From NCBI GenBank assembly GCA_016937295.1, contig JAFGWF010000099.1:1-53311 (forward strand): 53,311 nucleotides of DNA, in the 5' to 3' direction. Position 1 is the stretch's first letter. Each line of letters begins with the position of its first letter. Shown here piece by piece: positions 21,288 to 31,439 of this stretch. This stretch comes from Bacteroidales bacterium. Its GTDB lineage: Bacteria; Bacteroidota; Bacteroidia; Bacteroidales; UBA1556. The translations under genes were made by a program, and so were the position numbers. A model generated the notes under the pieces. The model was not told the origin of the DNA, ran no database searches, and was given only the letters and a program-made list of their open reading frames with translations.

Positions 21288-23917
21288 TATTGCCGAATTG
21301 CGTTAATTTGTTTTTCGATAACCACAATCTTTTTCATCGCATCTTCCTGCTTTTTCTTTTCTAATTCAACCACTTGTGCGGGGGCATTTGCAACGAATCG
21401 TTCATTGGAAAGTTTTTTCTCCACCGAAGCTAAAAAGTTCCGATTGTAAGTCAATTCTTGGGTTAATCGTTCCAACTCGGCTTCCAAATCAATTTGTTGA
21501 GAAAATGGAATGTAAAACTCGGTTGATTCCACTAAAAAGCTTTGCGCATTCTCCAAAGGTCGGGTGGTGTATTCTACCTTGTCAAGAGCTCCCAATTTTA
21601 TCACAACAGGATCGAAAGTGGTTCTGGGTGTTTCATTATTATTCTTTTTGATGAATAATTCCAGACTCTCTTTTTGGCCAATATTTTTCTGTTTTCTAAA
21701 ATTGCGTATTGAGGTGATTACCTCAAAAGCCATATCGAATTCTTTTGATAAATCCGAATTAAATGGTTTACTTTCAGGTAAATGGCTTACAATTATATCA
21801 GTCTGTTGTTGGCGCAGGAGATGCCAAATTTCTTCGGTAATAAAAGGCATAAACGGATGCAAGATTTGCATAAGGGTTTCAAAAATGGTAACCGTACTAT
21901 CTAAAGTACGTGAATCAATGGGTTGACCATAAAGTGGTTTAACCACTTCAAGAAACGTGGAGCAGAAGTCGTCCCAAATGAGCTTATAGGTTGTCATCAA
22001 AGCATCCGAAAGGCGGTATTGTTCAAAGAGCTCATCAATATCGTGGATGGTTTGGTTGATTTTATTTTCCATCCATAGGATTATTGCAGCGGAGTGTTCC
22101 GGTTGTGCTGTTTCGTCAACTTCCCAACCCTTAACCAATCGCAAGGCATTCCATATTTTATTACTAAAATTCCGGCCTTGCTCGCAAATGGTTTCATCAA
22201 AAGGCAAGTCGTTGCCCGCTGGTGAGGTTAGAAGCATTCCAAGCCGAACGCCATCGGCGCCATAGTTGCTTATAAGTACAAGAGGATCAGGAGAATTGCC
22301 TAAGCTTTTACTCATCTTCCTGCCAAGTTTATCCCGAACGATTCCCGTTAAATAAACTTTATGAAATGGTTTTTCAAGGCGATATTCATATCCGGCGATT
22401 ATCATTCGGGCTACCCAAAAGAAAAGAATCTCGGGAGCCGTAATCAAATCGTTGGTAGGATAATAATAGCGGATTTGTTCATTGTCAGGATTGCGAATGC
22501 CATCAAAAACAGAAATGGGCCAAAGCCACGATGAAAACCACGTGTCTAAAACGTCCGAATCTTGTCTGAGGTTGCTTGTGCTTAGGTTGGGGTTGCCGGT
22601 TTTTTGTCGGGCGAGTTCAAGGGCTTCGGTTTCGTTTTTGGCGACAACAAAATCGTCCATTCCTTCTCCAAAATACCACGCCGGAATGCGATGTCCCCAC
22701 CAAAGTTGTCGCGAAATATTCCAGTCTCTGACGTTTTCCATCCAGTGGCGATAGGTGTTTTTAAACTTGGCCGGAATCAGTTGAACGTTATCTTCCATCA
22801 CGGCTTTGAGAGCAGGTTGGGCAAGCTCTTCCATCGAAAGAAACCACTGATGCGAAAGCCGTGGCTCAATCACGCTGCCGGTTCTTTCGGAAGTTCCTAC
22901 CTTGTTCTGATAATCCTCAATCTTGTCGATAAAACCATGCGTCTCCAACTCTTTAACAATTTGTTTGCGACACTCAAAGCGATCCATGCCTTTATAGTGT
23001 AGCCCAAACTCATTCAAAGTTGCATCTTCATTGAAAATGTCTATTATCTCCAAATGGTGTTTTTCTCCAATGACTTTATCATTAGGATCGTGTGCGGGAG
23101 TGATTTTCAAACAGCCGGTGCCAAATTCCATATCTACATATTCGTCTTCAATGATTGGTATGGAACGATTGGCAATGGGAACGAGGACGCGTTTCCCTTT
23201 GAGATGGGTAAATCGCTCATCATTAGGATTATAACAAATTGCTGTATCGCCCAGTATTGTTTCCGGACGGGTGGTGGCAATGATAATATGGTTGTTTTCG
23301 TTTTCGATGGGATATTTTAGGAAATAAAGTTTTCCGTTAGACTCCTTATAAATAACTTCCTCGTCCGAAACGGTTGTCTTTGCCTCCGGATCCCAATTCA
23401 CCATGCGATAACCACGATAGATCTTTCCTTTACGATATAAATCGACAAAAACTTGAATCACCGATTCCGACATATCATCGTCCATGGTGAATTTGGTTCG
23501 ATCCCAATCGCATGAAGCGCCAAGTTTCTTGAGTTGTTCTAATATTATTCCGCCATGTTTGTGAGTCCAATCCCAAGCGTGGTTCAGAAATTCGTCACGA
23601 GTAAGATCCGACTTTTTTATGCCGCTTTCGCGCAGCTTTGCCACCACTTTTGCCTCCGTGGCGATGCTTGCATGATCGGTTCCCGGAACCCAACAGGCAT
23701 TTTTACCTTGCATTCTTGCTCGGCGAATCAACACATCTTGTATCGTATTGTTTAGCATGTGTCCCATGTGCAGAACTCCGGTAACATTTGGCGGAGGAAT
23801 AACTATGGTATAAGGTTCGCGACTATCAGGCTCCGAATGAAAATATCCCTTCTTCATCCAGTGGTCATACCATTTTTTCTCTATACTTTCGGCGTTGTAT
23901 TTTGCTGATATCTCCAT
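21287..23917 (-). CDS. valS: valine--tRNA ligase
   Basis: It has a class I HIGH region ([13 protein letters not shown]), KMSKS ([10 protein letters not shown]), an editing domain and a C-terminal coiled coil. The start is placed at [17 protein letters not shown]; the ORF extends to 23965. Confidence 0.95.
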   Translation of the reverse strand: MEISAKYNAESIEKKWYDHWMKKGYFHSEPDSREPYTIVIPPPNVTGVLHMGHMLNNTIQDVLIRRARMQGKNACWVPGTDHASIATEAKVVAKLRESGIKKSDLTRDEFLNHAWDWTHKHGGIILEQLKKLGASCDWDRTKFTMDDDMSESVIQVFVDLYRKGKIYRGYRMVNWDPEAKTTVSDEEVIYKESNGKLYFLKYPIENENNHIIIATTRPETILGDTAICYNPNDERFTHLKGKRVLVPIANRSIPIIEDEYVDMEFGTGCLKITPAHDPNDKVIGEKHHLEIIDIFNEDATLNEFGLHYKGMDRFECRKQIVKELETHGFIDKIEDYQNKVGTSERTGSVIEPRLSHQWFLSMEELAQPALKAVMEDNVQLIPAKFKNTYRHWMENVRDWNISRQLWWGHRIPAWYFGEGMDDFVVAKNETEALELARQKTGNPNLSTSNLRQDSDVLDTWFSSWLWPISVFDGIRNPDNEQIRYYYPTNDLITAPEILFFWVARMIIAGYEYRLEKPFHKVYLTGIVRDKLGRKMSKSLGNSPDPLVLISNYGADGVRLGMLLTSPAGNDLPFDETICEQGRNFSNKIWNALRLVKGWEVDETAQPEHSAAIILWMENKINQTIHDIDELFEQYRLSDALMTTYKLIWDDFCSTFLEVVKPLYGQPIDSRTLDSTVTIFETLMQILHPFMPFITEEIWHLLRQQQTDIIVSHLPESKPFNSDLSKEFDMAFEVITSIRNFRKQKNIGQKESLELFIKKNNNETPRTTFDPVVIKLGALDKVEYTTRPLENAQSFLVESTEFYIPFSQQIDLEAELERLTQELTYNRNFLASVEKKLSNERFVANAPAQVVELEKKKQEDAMKKIVVIEKQINAIRQ

Positions 23918-24088
23918 GTTTCGTCTTGATTCATCTATATTTAAAATAAGGCTGCGAAAATACAAAGATTTGTCCTTTAACTACATTCCGGTTTTTATCC
24001 TTTAGGTATGATATATAAGGTAATAATTATTAGACATGCCAAAGCTAAAATACCTGTTTTAGGGTATTTCTAAAAATTATTTAGCTAT

Positions 24089-24096
24089 TATTTTTG
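24089..24096 (+). promoter_or_regulatory. candidate Bacteroidota -7 box (TAnnTTTG)
   Basis: TATTTTTG lies 25 nt upstream of the ATG at 24122, in the divergent intergenic region. Confidence 0.35.
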
Positions 24097-24121
24097 CCAA
24101 ATAATTTTAAAATAATATTTA

Positions 24122-24721
24122 ATGAATAAAGTCTTTAGCTTTCTAATTGTGGCTCTTTTGTCCCTTTCCGTGGTTTTCGTTTCGTGTAAAAAAGATGATG
24201 AAACAGATGATACCACAACTCCTGTTGTAACTAATAAAATGGTTTATAATGGCACAACTTACGCATTATCAAATGCTTATGTTTTTTACTATGGTAAAGA
24301 GAATGAAGTGCCTGCTTCCTATAATCTTGATTTAGTTCTTTCCTCTTCTGGATTTGTTTATAATCAAGATTCGATGGATTTTGTAGGTACAGGAGATGCC
24401 ATATATTTTGAGTTATTCTCAAGCGATTCTACCAAATTTAGCAATGGAACCTACATGATGGATACGATGAATTTTGGTTTTCCTATGACGTTCGATTACG
24501 CTGAAGTGCTCTTGGGCTATAATTTGGCCACAGACGCAGGAATCTATGAAGAAATTGTTTCAGGCTCCTTTGTGGTGGCCACATCAGGTTCCAACTATGT
24601 TTTCACCTTTACCGGTAAAACTGATTCAGGGGAAGATGTAACTATTTCCTATACCGGCGGAATAACCAAAACTATTGATGAATCAAAATCCAAAGGCAAA
24701 AATAATTGGATGGAACTTTAG
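24122..24721 (+). CDS. hypothetical lipoprotein
   Basis: 199 aa with a lipobox (VVFVSCKKDD). I recognised no family. A strong terminator follows. Confidence 0.6.
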   Translation: MNKVFSFLIVALLSLSVVFVSCKKDDETDDTTTPVVTNKMVYNGTTYALSNAYVFYYGKENEVPASYNLDLVLSSSGFVYNQDSMDFVGTGDAIYFELFSSDSTKFSNGTYMMDTMNFGFPMTFDYAEVLLGYNLATDAGIYEEIVSGSFVVATSGSNYVFTFTGKTDSGEDVTISYTGGITKTIDESKSKGKNNWMEL

Positions 24722-24743
24722 TAACACACAATAGGTTTATCTC

Positions 24744-24776
24744 AAACCCGAAGACTTAGGTTTTCGGGTTTTTTTT
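24744..24776 (+). terminator. Rho-independent-type terminator
   Basis: AAACCCGAA ... TTCGGGTTT hairpin followed by a T-run. Confidence 0.7.
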
Positions 24777-24908
24777 ATACCTTTAACTATCTCATATCAA
24801 ACGATTACTGATTCAAGGAGAATTTTTTGCCTGATTAACACGTTTGGTTGCTTAACGGCAGATGTTTTGTTAAAAAGGCTTAATTGTTTAACTTTAAAAT
24901 CAATCGTT

Positions 24909-25568
24909 ATGAAACCTAAAAAGTCAAAAAAAGCAAATTTGGAGAAATGGAAATCCACTTTCTTCCTAACGGGATTGACAATAACTTTAGCTACGTTATT
25001 GTTTGCCTTCGAAACCAAATCTAAAAATGTTCGTGCTGTGATTTTTGAAGATGGCTTCACCATTTTTGAAGACACCTACGTTGAAAACACAAGGAGAGAA
25101 GAAGTTAAGGCGCAACCAAAACCTCAAGTTTTGACAAACACTTTTACTCTTGTTGACAACAACAAGAAGATTGTGATTCCTGATTTTGTTCTTCCGGAAG
25201 ATTGGAATCCTGGAGATGGCTTCGAGATGATTAATGATCCGGAAGAAGCCGTTATAGATGATTACATTCCTTATCCTTCTATCAATGCCGAGTTTCCTGG
25301 TAATGTCCATGAGTATTTGGCTCGGAATACAAAGTATCCCGAAATGGCTCGTCAGATGGATATGCAAGGAATCGTCTATCTCAAGTTTCGGGTTAATAGT
25401 GATGGTTCAATTGGAAATATCGAAATTCAAAGGGGTGTTCATCCTTTACTCGACGACGAAGCCATTAGAGTAGTGCGCTCCATGCCAAAGTGGAAACCTG
25501 CCATTCAAGGCGATAGAAAGGTTTCAACCGACGTTTCCATCTCAATCAAATTTATTTTGAAAAATTAG
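24909..25568 (+). CDS. tonB: energy transducer TonB family protein
   Basis: It has an N-terminal anchor helix, a Pro/Glu-rich linker and a C-terminal TonB_C fold (YPEMARQMDMQGIVYLKFRVNSDGSIGNIEI..). The start is placed at MKPKKSKK (24909); the ORF opens at 24867. Confidence 0.8.
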   Translation: MKPKKSKKANLEKWKSTFFLTGLTITLATLLFAFETKSKNVRAVIFEDGFTIFEDTYVENTRREEVKAQPKPQVLTNTFTLVDNNKKIVIPDFVLPEDWNPGDGFEMINDPEEAVIDDYIPYPSINAEFPGNVHEYLARNTKYPEMARQMDMQGIVYLKFRVNSDGSIGNIEIQRGVHPLLDDEAIRVVRSMPKWKPAIQGDRKVSTDVSISIKFILKN

Positions 25569-25618
25569 AAATCGGGGTTTTCCCGTTTTGAAACAAATTC
25601 TTATTGTGAATTTTGAAT

Positions 25619-25658
25619 GGAGTAGATTGGACTTTTCCAATTTCTACTCCTTTTTTTT
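25619..25658 (+). terminator. Rho-independent-type terminator
   Basis: GGAGTAGA ... TCTACTCC hairpin followed by T8. Confidence 0.7.
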
Positions 25659-25832
25659 GTTTTTATTTTGTAATCATTCTTTTTGTAAAAATCTATAAAC
25701 CAATATTATAATTATGAGACTGACTTTTATTAGTTCTCTTCACTTGACCTTCTTATGGTTGTTATTTTAATATTGCACCAGTTTATATTGTTTTAAACTT
25801 CCCATGGGAATGAGTTTTTAATGAATTAATTA

Positions 25833-27857
25833 ATGAATAGATTTTTATTTTTAAATAGTCTTCAAAATCCGATTGATCTTGAAATGGAGCAGTTAAAGGC
25901 TTCTCTCGGAACATTTAGCTGTGATATTGTTTTTAGTCCAAAGGATTTATTATCGGCCACAAAAACTTTCCGCCCCACACTCATCATCGTTCATTCCGAA
26001 GCCGAGAAAGATCTAATTGATTTTACAATTCATCATTTTAACGATGATCCTCATTTAGAAAAAACACCGATTCTTTTTCTATCTTCTGATAATGAGCACC
26101 TTTCGTTGATAGATAGTTTTTCCTCCAAAAGCTTTTTTGTTTCGGTTTTAATGATGCCATTTCATCAGGTGGAGCTAAAATCTCATTTATTAAACTTAAT
26201 GAATTTAGTGGATGCCGAAAAAATTCGGTTTCAAACGCATCTTCGAGAAACGTTATTAGACGTTTACAAACTGTCGAATATTCAACCAAATAACAAGCTT
26301 TTAGCCGAGCAAGTTTGGTCTCTAATTAAAAAATTATTCCCTGCGCTAAGTGGCGTATATTGCGGTATCTATAATGCTGTGGAGAATTTTTTTGATTCGG
26401 TTTTTAGTGTAGGAAATCAAATTGGTAAAAGAATACCTTCTTCCACAATTCCTTTTTCATTGGTGTTGGAAAACAAGCAGTTATACCATTTATCGCCGGA
26501 AAACATTCGTGATTTGCAGGTGCAAGGACATACCGTTCTTTGCAACGAAAACTGTCATTGGATAGGTTTACCTATTGCTTCAAACAATCAGTTTCATGGA
26601 GTGATTTCGTTTTCGAAAACAGAATCACAAGGGGATTTTACAAGTCAAGAGAAAGAGAGCTTGATGTTGATTGTTAGGTCTTTATCCTTAATTATTGGAA
26701 GTCGAATAGCAACAAATCAGTTAAACGAGGCTTTGGAAAGAAGCCAGCAATCGGAACGTTTGAAGGATAATTTTTTGTCTAACATTAGCCACGAAATTCG
26801 AACTCCTCTCAACGCTATAATCGGGTTTTCGAGCTTGCTCGACGAAGAATTAGCGCCGGAAGAACGCCACGAATATGTGGAGATGATTATTGATGGCGGG
26901 CAGAATTTGATGCAAATAATTGATGATATTGTGGATGTGGCACGCATCCAAGCCGGAGAAATAAAGATTCAAGCCATTGACGTTAATTTAATAGACTTGA
27001 TTCATCAGGTTGCGGATTTGTATTATAGACGAATTGAAAATCAACAAATTCCGATAAAATTTAAACTTGAATTGCCTCAAATCATTGATAAATTAATTAT
27101 CAAAACAGATGCTTTTAGGTTAAAACAGATTTTAGAGAATCTGCTTGATAACGCATTAAAATTTACGACTCATGGAGAGGTAACCTTAGGCTTTCGGTAT
27201 TTGAACAATGAACTGCTGGAGTTTTATGTTGCAGATACAGGAATTGGAATCGCGGCCAAGGATTTAAACTCAATATTCAATCGTTTTGTTCAATTGGAAG
27301 TTGGTCATGTGAGGCAGTATGGCGGAAATGGTCTTGGTTTGAGCATCACTAAAAGCTTAGTAGAACTGATGAATGGAAAGATTAGCGTTGAGTCGCAACA
27401 GGGTATTGGGAGTAAGTTTAGCTTTACTCTGCCCCTCGAACAGAACAAATTTGTAAATGGAAAGCTCATCAGTCAAAAATACAGATGGAATGATAAACGG
27501 GTGTTGTTGGTGGATGATATTGAGGCAAATTTGCAATTTTTGGAAATATTAATGCGCAAAACCGGTGTAAAAACTCAGCGAGCTTATAATGGGTTGAAAG
27601 CATTGGAAGCTATTGCCCGTGATCCGCATTTCGATTTGGTTATCATGGATCTACAAATGCCTGAAATGGACGGTTACACAGCTACTCGAATTATCAAAAG
27701 TAGATTTCCACATATAAAAGTTATTGTGCAAACAGCATATAGTGAGCTGAGCGACCGACAAAAAGCTTTTAAGTCAGGCTGTGACGACTTTATGGAAAAA
27801 CCAATTAGAGCGGAAGAATTGCTGAAAAAAATCCATCTAATATTTAATCCTCAATAG
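25833..27857 (+). CDS. hybrid sensor histidine kinase / response regulator with a degenerate N-terminal receiver-like domain
   Basis: It has a HisKA H-box (FLSNISHEIRTPLN), HATPase_c N/G boxes (LLDNALKF, DTGIGI, GGNGLGLSI) and a canonical C-terminal receiver (LLVDD ... VIMDLQMPEMDG ... EKPI). Confidence 0.9.
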   Translation: MNRFLFLNSLQNPIDLEMEQLKASLGTFSCDIVFSPKDLLSATKTFRPTLIIVHSEAEKDLIDFTIHHFNDDPHLEKTPILFLSSDNEHLSLIDSFSSKSFFVSVLMMPFHQVELKSHLLNLMNLVDAEKIRFQTHLRETLLDVYKLSNIQPNNKLLAEQVWSLIKKLFPALSGVYCGIYNAVENFFDSVFSVGNQIGKRIPSSTIPFSLVLENKQLYHLSPENIRDLQVQGHTVLCNENCHWIGLPIASNNQFHGVISFSKTESQGDFTSQEKESLMLIVRSLSLIIGSRIATNQLNEALERSQQSERLKDNFLSNISHEIRTPLNAIIGFSSLLDEELAPEERHEYVEMIIDGGQNLMQIIDDIVDVARIQAGEIKIQAIDVNLIDLIHQVADLYYRRIENQQIPIKFKLELPQIIDKLIIKTDAFRLKQILENLLDNALKFTTHGEVTLGFRYLNNELLEFYVADTGIGIAAKDLNSIFNRFVQLEVGHVRQYGGNGLGLSITKSLVELMNGKISVESQQGIGSKFSFTLPLEQNKFVNGKLISQKYRWNDKRVLLVDDIEANLQFLEILMRKTGVKTQRAYNGLKALEAIARDPHFDLVIMDLQMPEMDGYTATRIIKSRFPHIKVIVQTAYSELSDRQKAFKSGCDDFMEKPIRAEELLKKIHLIFNPQ

Positions 27858-29034
27858 CTGCTATGCCCGGCAATTTAAGGCCTTCCAAATATTCCAACAT
27901 GGCTCCTCCACCGGTAGAGATATACGACATCATCGACGATAAATCGTATTTATTGATGGCTGCCACGCTGTCGCCGCCTCCGATTGCTGAATAGCCTCCG
28001 GCATTGGTAACTGTGGCTACAGCAATGGCCACAGAGCGTGTTCCATTCTGAAAATTGTCCATCTCAAAAACTCCCATAGGGCCATTCCATAATACCATGG
28101 AAGAATTTAATATCACTTCAGTGGCTTTTTTTATTGCTTTTGGTCCAATGTCTAAACCCATCCATCCATCAGGTATTTCTCCTGCTGCAACTATCTGACG
28201 ATTAGCATCATTGGCAAATTTATCGGCAGCAACGATGTCGGCTGGAAGTATCAAATTGACGCCGTGAGCTACCATTTCGAGTATGGTTTGGCGTGCTTCC
28301 TCTACTTTGTCTTCTTCGAAAAGGGAGTTGCCAATATTCCCACCCAACGCTTTGATGAACGTGAATACCATCCCGCCACCAATAATCATATTATCAACAC
28401 GACCAATCAAATTTCTGATAATGTCAATCTTCGTCGAAACTTTCGATCCTCCAATTATTGCCGTATAAGGATGAATATTGCTGCTGAGAACTTTTTCCAA
28501 ATTCACAATTTCATTATCCATCAAATATCCAAAGTATTTGTCCTTTGGAAAATATTTGGCTACGATAGTTGTTGAGGCATGGGCTCGGTGGGCTGTGCCA
28601 AAAGCATCATTCACATAAGCATCGCCTAAGCTGGCCAAACGCGCCGAAAAATCTTCATCACCGCTTTCTTCGCCCGCATAAAAACGAATATTTTCTAAAA
28701 GCATAATGTCGCCCCAATTGAGCTTTTCAATCTCCTTTATGGTTTGCTCGCTAATTAATTCTCGCTCAAAATGCACCTTCTTGCCAACTAATTTGGACAA
28801 CTGCTCAGCTACCGGCTCCAACGACATACTTAAATTGACCTTCCCCTTGGGTCTTCCTAAATGTGACATTAATATGAGCTTAGCGCCATCATTCACAATT
28901 TTTTGTATTGAAGCTATAGACTCCCGAATTCTTGTGTCGTCTGTAACTTTCCCGTTTTCATCTAATGGAACGTTAAAGTCAACGCGCATCAGTACGCGCT
29001 TACCTTTGAAACTTACGTCTTGAATGGATTTCAT
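27844..29034 (-). CDS. pgk: phosphoglycerate kinase
   Basis: 396 aa with an N-terminal RVDFNVPL motif and a C-terminal STGGGAMLEYLEG. Its 3' end overlaps the kinase gene by 14 nt (convergent). Confidence 0.95.
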   Translation of the reverse strand: MKSIQDVSFKGKRVLMRVDFNVPLDENGKVTDDTRIRESIASIQKIVNDGAKLILMSHLGRPKGKVNLSMSLEPVAEQLSKLVGKKVHFERELISEQTIKEIEKLNWGDIMLLENIRFYAGEESGDEDFSARLASLGDAYVNDAFGTAHRAHASTTIVAKYFPKDKYFGYLMDNEIVNLEKVLSSNIHPYTAIIGGSKVSTKIDIIRNLIGRVDNMIIGGGMVFTFIKALGGNIGNSLFEEDKVEEARQTILEMVAHGVNLILPADIVAADKFANDANRQIVAAGEIPDGWMGLDIGPKAIKKATEVILNSSMVLWNGPMGVFEMDNFQNGTRSVAIAVATVTNAGGYSAIGGGDSVAAINKYDLSSMMSYISTGGGAMLEYLEGLKLPGIAAIED

Positions 29035-29150
29035 AGTGTTTATTATTAATAAATATGACCTTTACTTTCGAGCGCAAAGGTATGAATTATTGCATTCAAT
29101 AAAAAGGGTTATTTTTTTGCTCACAACTAATATTTGGCAGGGGTCTTTTT

Positions 29151-29186
29151 AAAAAAAAGAGGATGCCCATTTCATTGAACATCCTC
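29151..29186 (-). terminator. Rho-independent-type terminator of the PLD-like gene
   Basis: On the - strand, a GAGGATG ... CATCCTC hairpin is followed by T8. Confidence 0.6.
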
Positions 29187-29211
29187 ATTGTTTCATTGAA
29201 TTTGGATTGAA

Positions 29212-31419
29212 TTATTTCACCACAAATTTGGTGATATAATTTCCACTGTTGCTGAATAAATGAAGGATATAAACTCCTGATTCTAAGGATTGAATATCCA
29301 CTGAAACATTGGTTCCGATTAACGTTTCAACAGTCTTAACCGATTTTCCGTCAAGGGAGAAAATTTGTGCTGAAAAACTACTGCTAAAACCACCCTCAAT
29401 TTGAATGTTGATTTGATTATCTGCAGGAATCGGATACACATTTACTGCTTTTGCAAAATTTCCATCGGTTATATCATTAGTCAAATTTTGCATGAAACGA
29501 TAGTAAAATGCTTGGTAATACTGATTTGCAACCGACTCGTTATAAATGACAAGTGTATTTTCATCATTCGTATTATTTGCAGCATTGCTCCAATTGTGTG
29601 AACCGGTTAAAACTGAGGCAGTTGCCAAATCGTTGTCCACAACCATAAATTTATGGTGCATAATTCCGGTTTGACTTTGGTCGTCTTGCAAGTTGTTGCC
29701 AATCAGTGTAGAAAGAATTCCCCAAACAGTTACGGAGCAATCATTTTCGTGGTTTACCAAAACTTTTAAAGCTACATTATTATCCGTAACGGCATCGTCC
29801 AAAGCGTAAGCAATATCGGAGCGGGTGATAAGCATGGTGGCAATGTCGATTTTTGTGGTAGCACCACCTATCTGGCCAAGAATGATGTCGTTAGTGCCAT
29901 CACTTGGGCTAAAATAGCATTCCACTTTCGAACTTCCTATGATAAATTCATGAGGTGTGTTGTCGATTTTGTCAGGTCCAAATTTAGAATTGCTCAAACT
30001 TGGAGTTCCGGTTGTTGAGCCAAACATTTCGTCAAATTCCAAGGTGTAAGCCAAAGCCAAAGATTTATCTTGGATGATTATCACATTATTTGGATCGGTA
30101 TTAATTTGACCTTCAGTTAGATTGGTCGAGCCGGTCCAAACGATTGGTCTGTTTGGATTTGTGCTGTGTGCATCAAAAATGATGAATTTGTTGTGCATGA
30201 TGCCATACTGCGAACCTGTTGGATTAGATATTTTTCCGATGGATGGATCAAGTTGCTGAATGCCAGTGTTGTTGGCTCCATTATCAAAAATAACGCGAAC
30301 CGTAACTCCGCGATTAACTGCGTTATTCAATGCAGTTGCAACGTTGGCGATATTGGCAGAGTTGAAATTATACATCGTAAAATCAATGGTTTCGGTGGCG
30401 CGGTCGATGTATTTTATTAAGGTGTCGTCGATGGCGTTAGGCAATGTGATAGCGTTAGTGCCTGAACTAACTGTGTGGTCTGCAGGAGTATTGAAATAAA
30501 CCAACATATTTCCTGAAGAAACCGACTGGGTTACAAAAACGCGAACCGGCGCAAAGGCTGTATCAGTTCCTAAAACCGAAAAGGCCTGAATATAATACAG
30601 TTGGGATGGAGTTGCACCGCTTATTTTTAAGTGATGATTAGCGGTTTTGTTGGTGTCGGATTGGTGATTTCCAAGAGCTGCGGTTGTTCCGAAAAACATT
30701 TCGGATGTTCCGGCTGCATCAGTTTGCCAATCAATAGTAAAGCCCGTTGTTGAAAGACTGTCGAGCGTTACGGATGAAATCACGGAAATGGAAGAGCTGT
30801 TCACGATGTCGTTTGAGTCGCGGCAAAGCAACTGATATCCTGTAGTCGGACTGGAATAGCTAAATTGTGATACAATTCCGATGAGTGAAACTGGTCCACT
30901 TGGAACTACTTGACCAATCAGTGGATGGCCTGAACGAACATAGATGCTGGAGGTTTGTCCGTTTGCAGTGAAATTGTACGAAGTGTTGCTGCTGAATAGA
31001 CCTCCGGGGTTGGTGGTGAAGGTTGCATTGTTTATGCGCACTAATTTTGATTCGCGTGATTCAATCATCGAGTCAGGAACAACCACCTCAGGCTGAGGGA
31101 GCGTGTTGCCGGAGTTGATTACCGAAACGGAAGTAACAGGGTCAATTTCCAACAATTGATTATAATTTTTCAAAACGCCGGTTACTAATATGCTATCGCC
31201 CCTCTGAACGGTTGACATATTTGAACCATAAGCGGCTATGCCTCCGGTGCCATCCTGAAAATAGCGGATTATGCCTAACTCGCTGCCATTAGTAACAATA
31301 CCTTTTACGGTTACTGTGGCTCCCACACCGAGGTTTCGAGCTGCTGAAATTGTGATTTGAGCTTGGCTCATCATGGCCGAAAAAGCCAGAATTAAACTGA
31401 ATAAAAATTTGGTTTTCAT
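29212..31419 (-). CDS. secreted phospholipase D-superfamily (double HKD) nuclease-like protein with OB-like/FN3 modules and a T9SS C-terminal sorting domain
   Basis: 735 aa with a signal peptide and two HxK(x)4D motifs (HNKFIIFD..GSTNLT and HHKFMVVD..GSHNWS). An FN3-like segment lies in the middle. The C-terminal roughly 80 aa are a T9SS-type CTD (VYPIPADNQINIQ ... YILHLFS..). Confidence 0.75.
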   Translation of the reverse strand: MKTKFLFSLILAFSAMMSQAQITISAARNLGVGATVTVKGIVTNGSELGIIRYFQDGTGGIAAYGSNMSTVQRGDSILVTGVLKNYNQLLEIDPVTSVSVINSGNTLPQPEVVVPDSMIESRESKLVRINNATFTTNPGGLFSSNTSYNFTANGQTSSIYVRSGHPLIGQVVPSGPVSLIGIVSQFSYSSPTTGYQLLCRDSNDIVNSSSISVISSVTLDSLSTTGFTIDWQTDAAGTSEMFFGTTAALGNHQSDTNKTANHHLKISGATPSQLYYIQAFSVLGTDTAFAPVRVFVTQSVSSGNMLVYFNTPADHTVSSGTNAITLPNAIDDTLIKYIDRATETIDFTMYNFNSANIANVATALNNAVNRGVTVRVIFDNGANNTGIQQLDPSIGKISNPTGSQYGIMHNKFIIFDAHSTNPNRPIVWTGSTNLTEGQINTDPNNVIIIQDKSLALAYTLEFDEMFGSTTGTPSLSNSKFGPDKIDNTPHEFIIGSSKVECYFSPSDGTNDIILGQIGGATTKIDIATMLITRSDIAYALDDAVTDNNVALKVLVNHENDCSVTVWGILSTLIGNNLQDDQSQTGIMHHKFMVVDNDLATASVLTGSHNWSNAANNTNDENTLVIYNESVANQYYQAFYYRFMQNLTNDITDGNFAKAVNVYPIPADNQINIQIEGGFSSSFSAQIFSLDGKSVKTVETLIGTNVSVDIQSLESGVYILHLFSNSGNYITKFVVK

Positions 31420-31439
31420 AGATTTGAATTTATTGATTT

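Noticed and set aside
27844-27857. The convergent 3' overlaps (kinase/pgk by 14 nt; rnc/yfcH-like by 6 nt at 41240-41245) as a regulatory feature.
   Set aside because: Short convergent overlaps of stop-proximal codons are common in compact genomes. No associated structure is visible.
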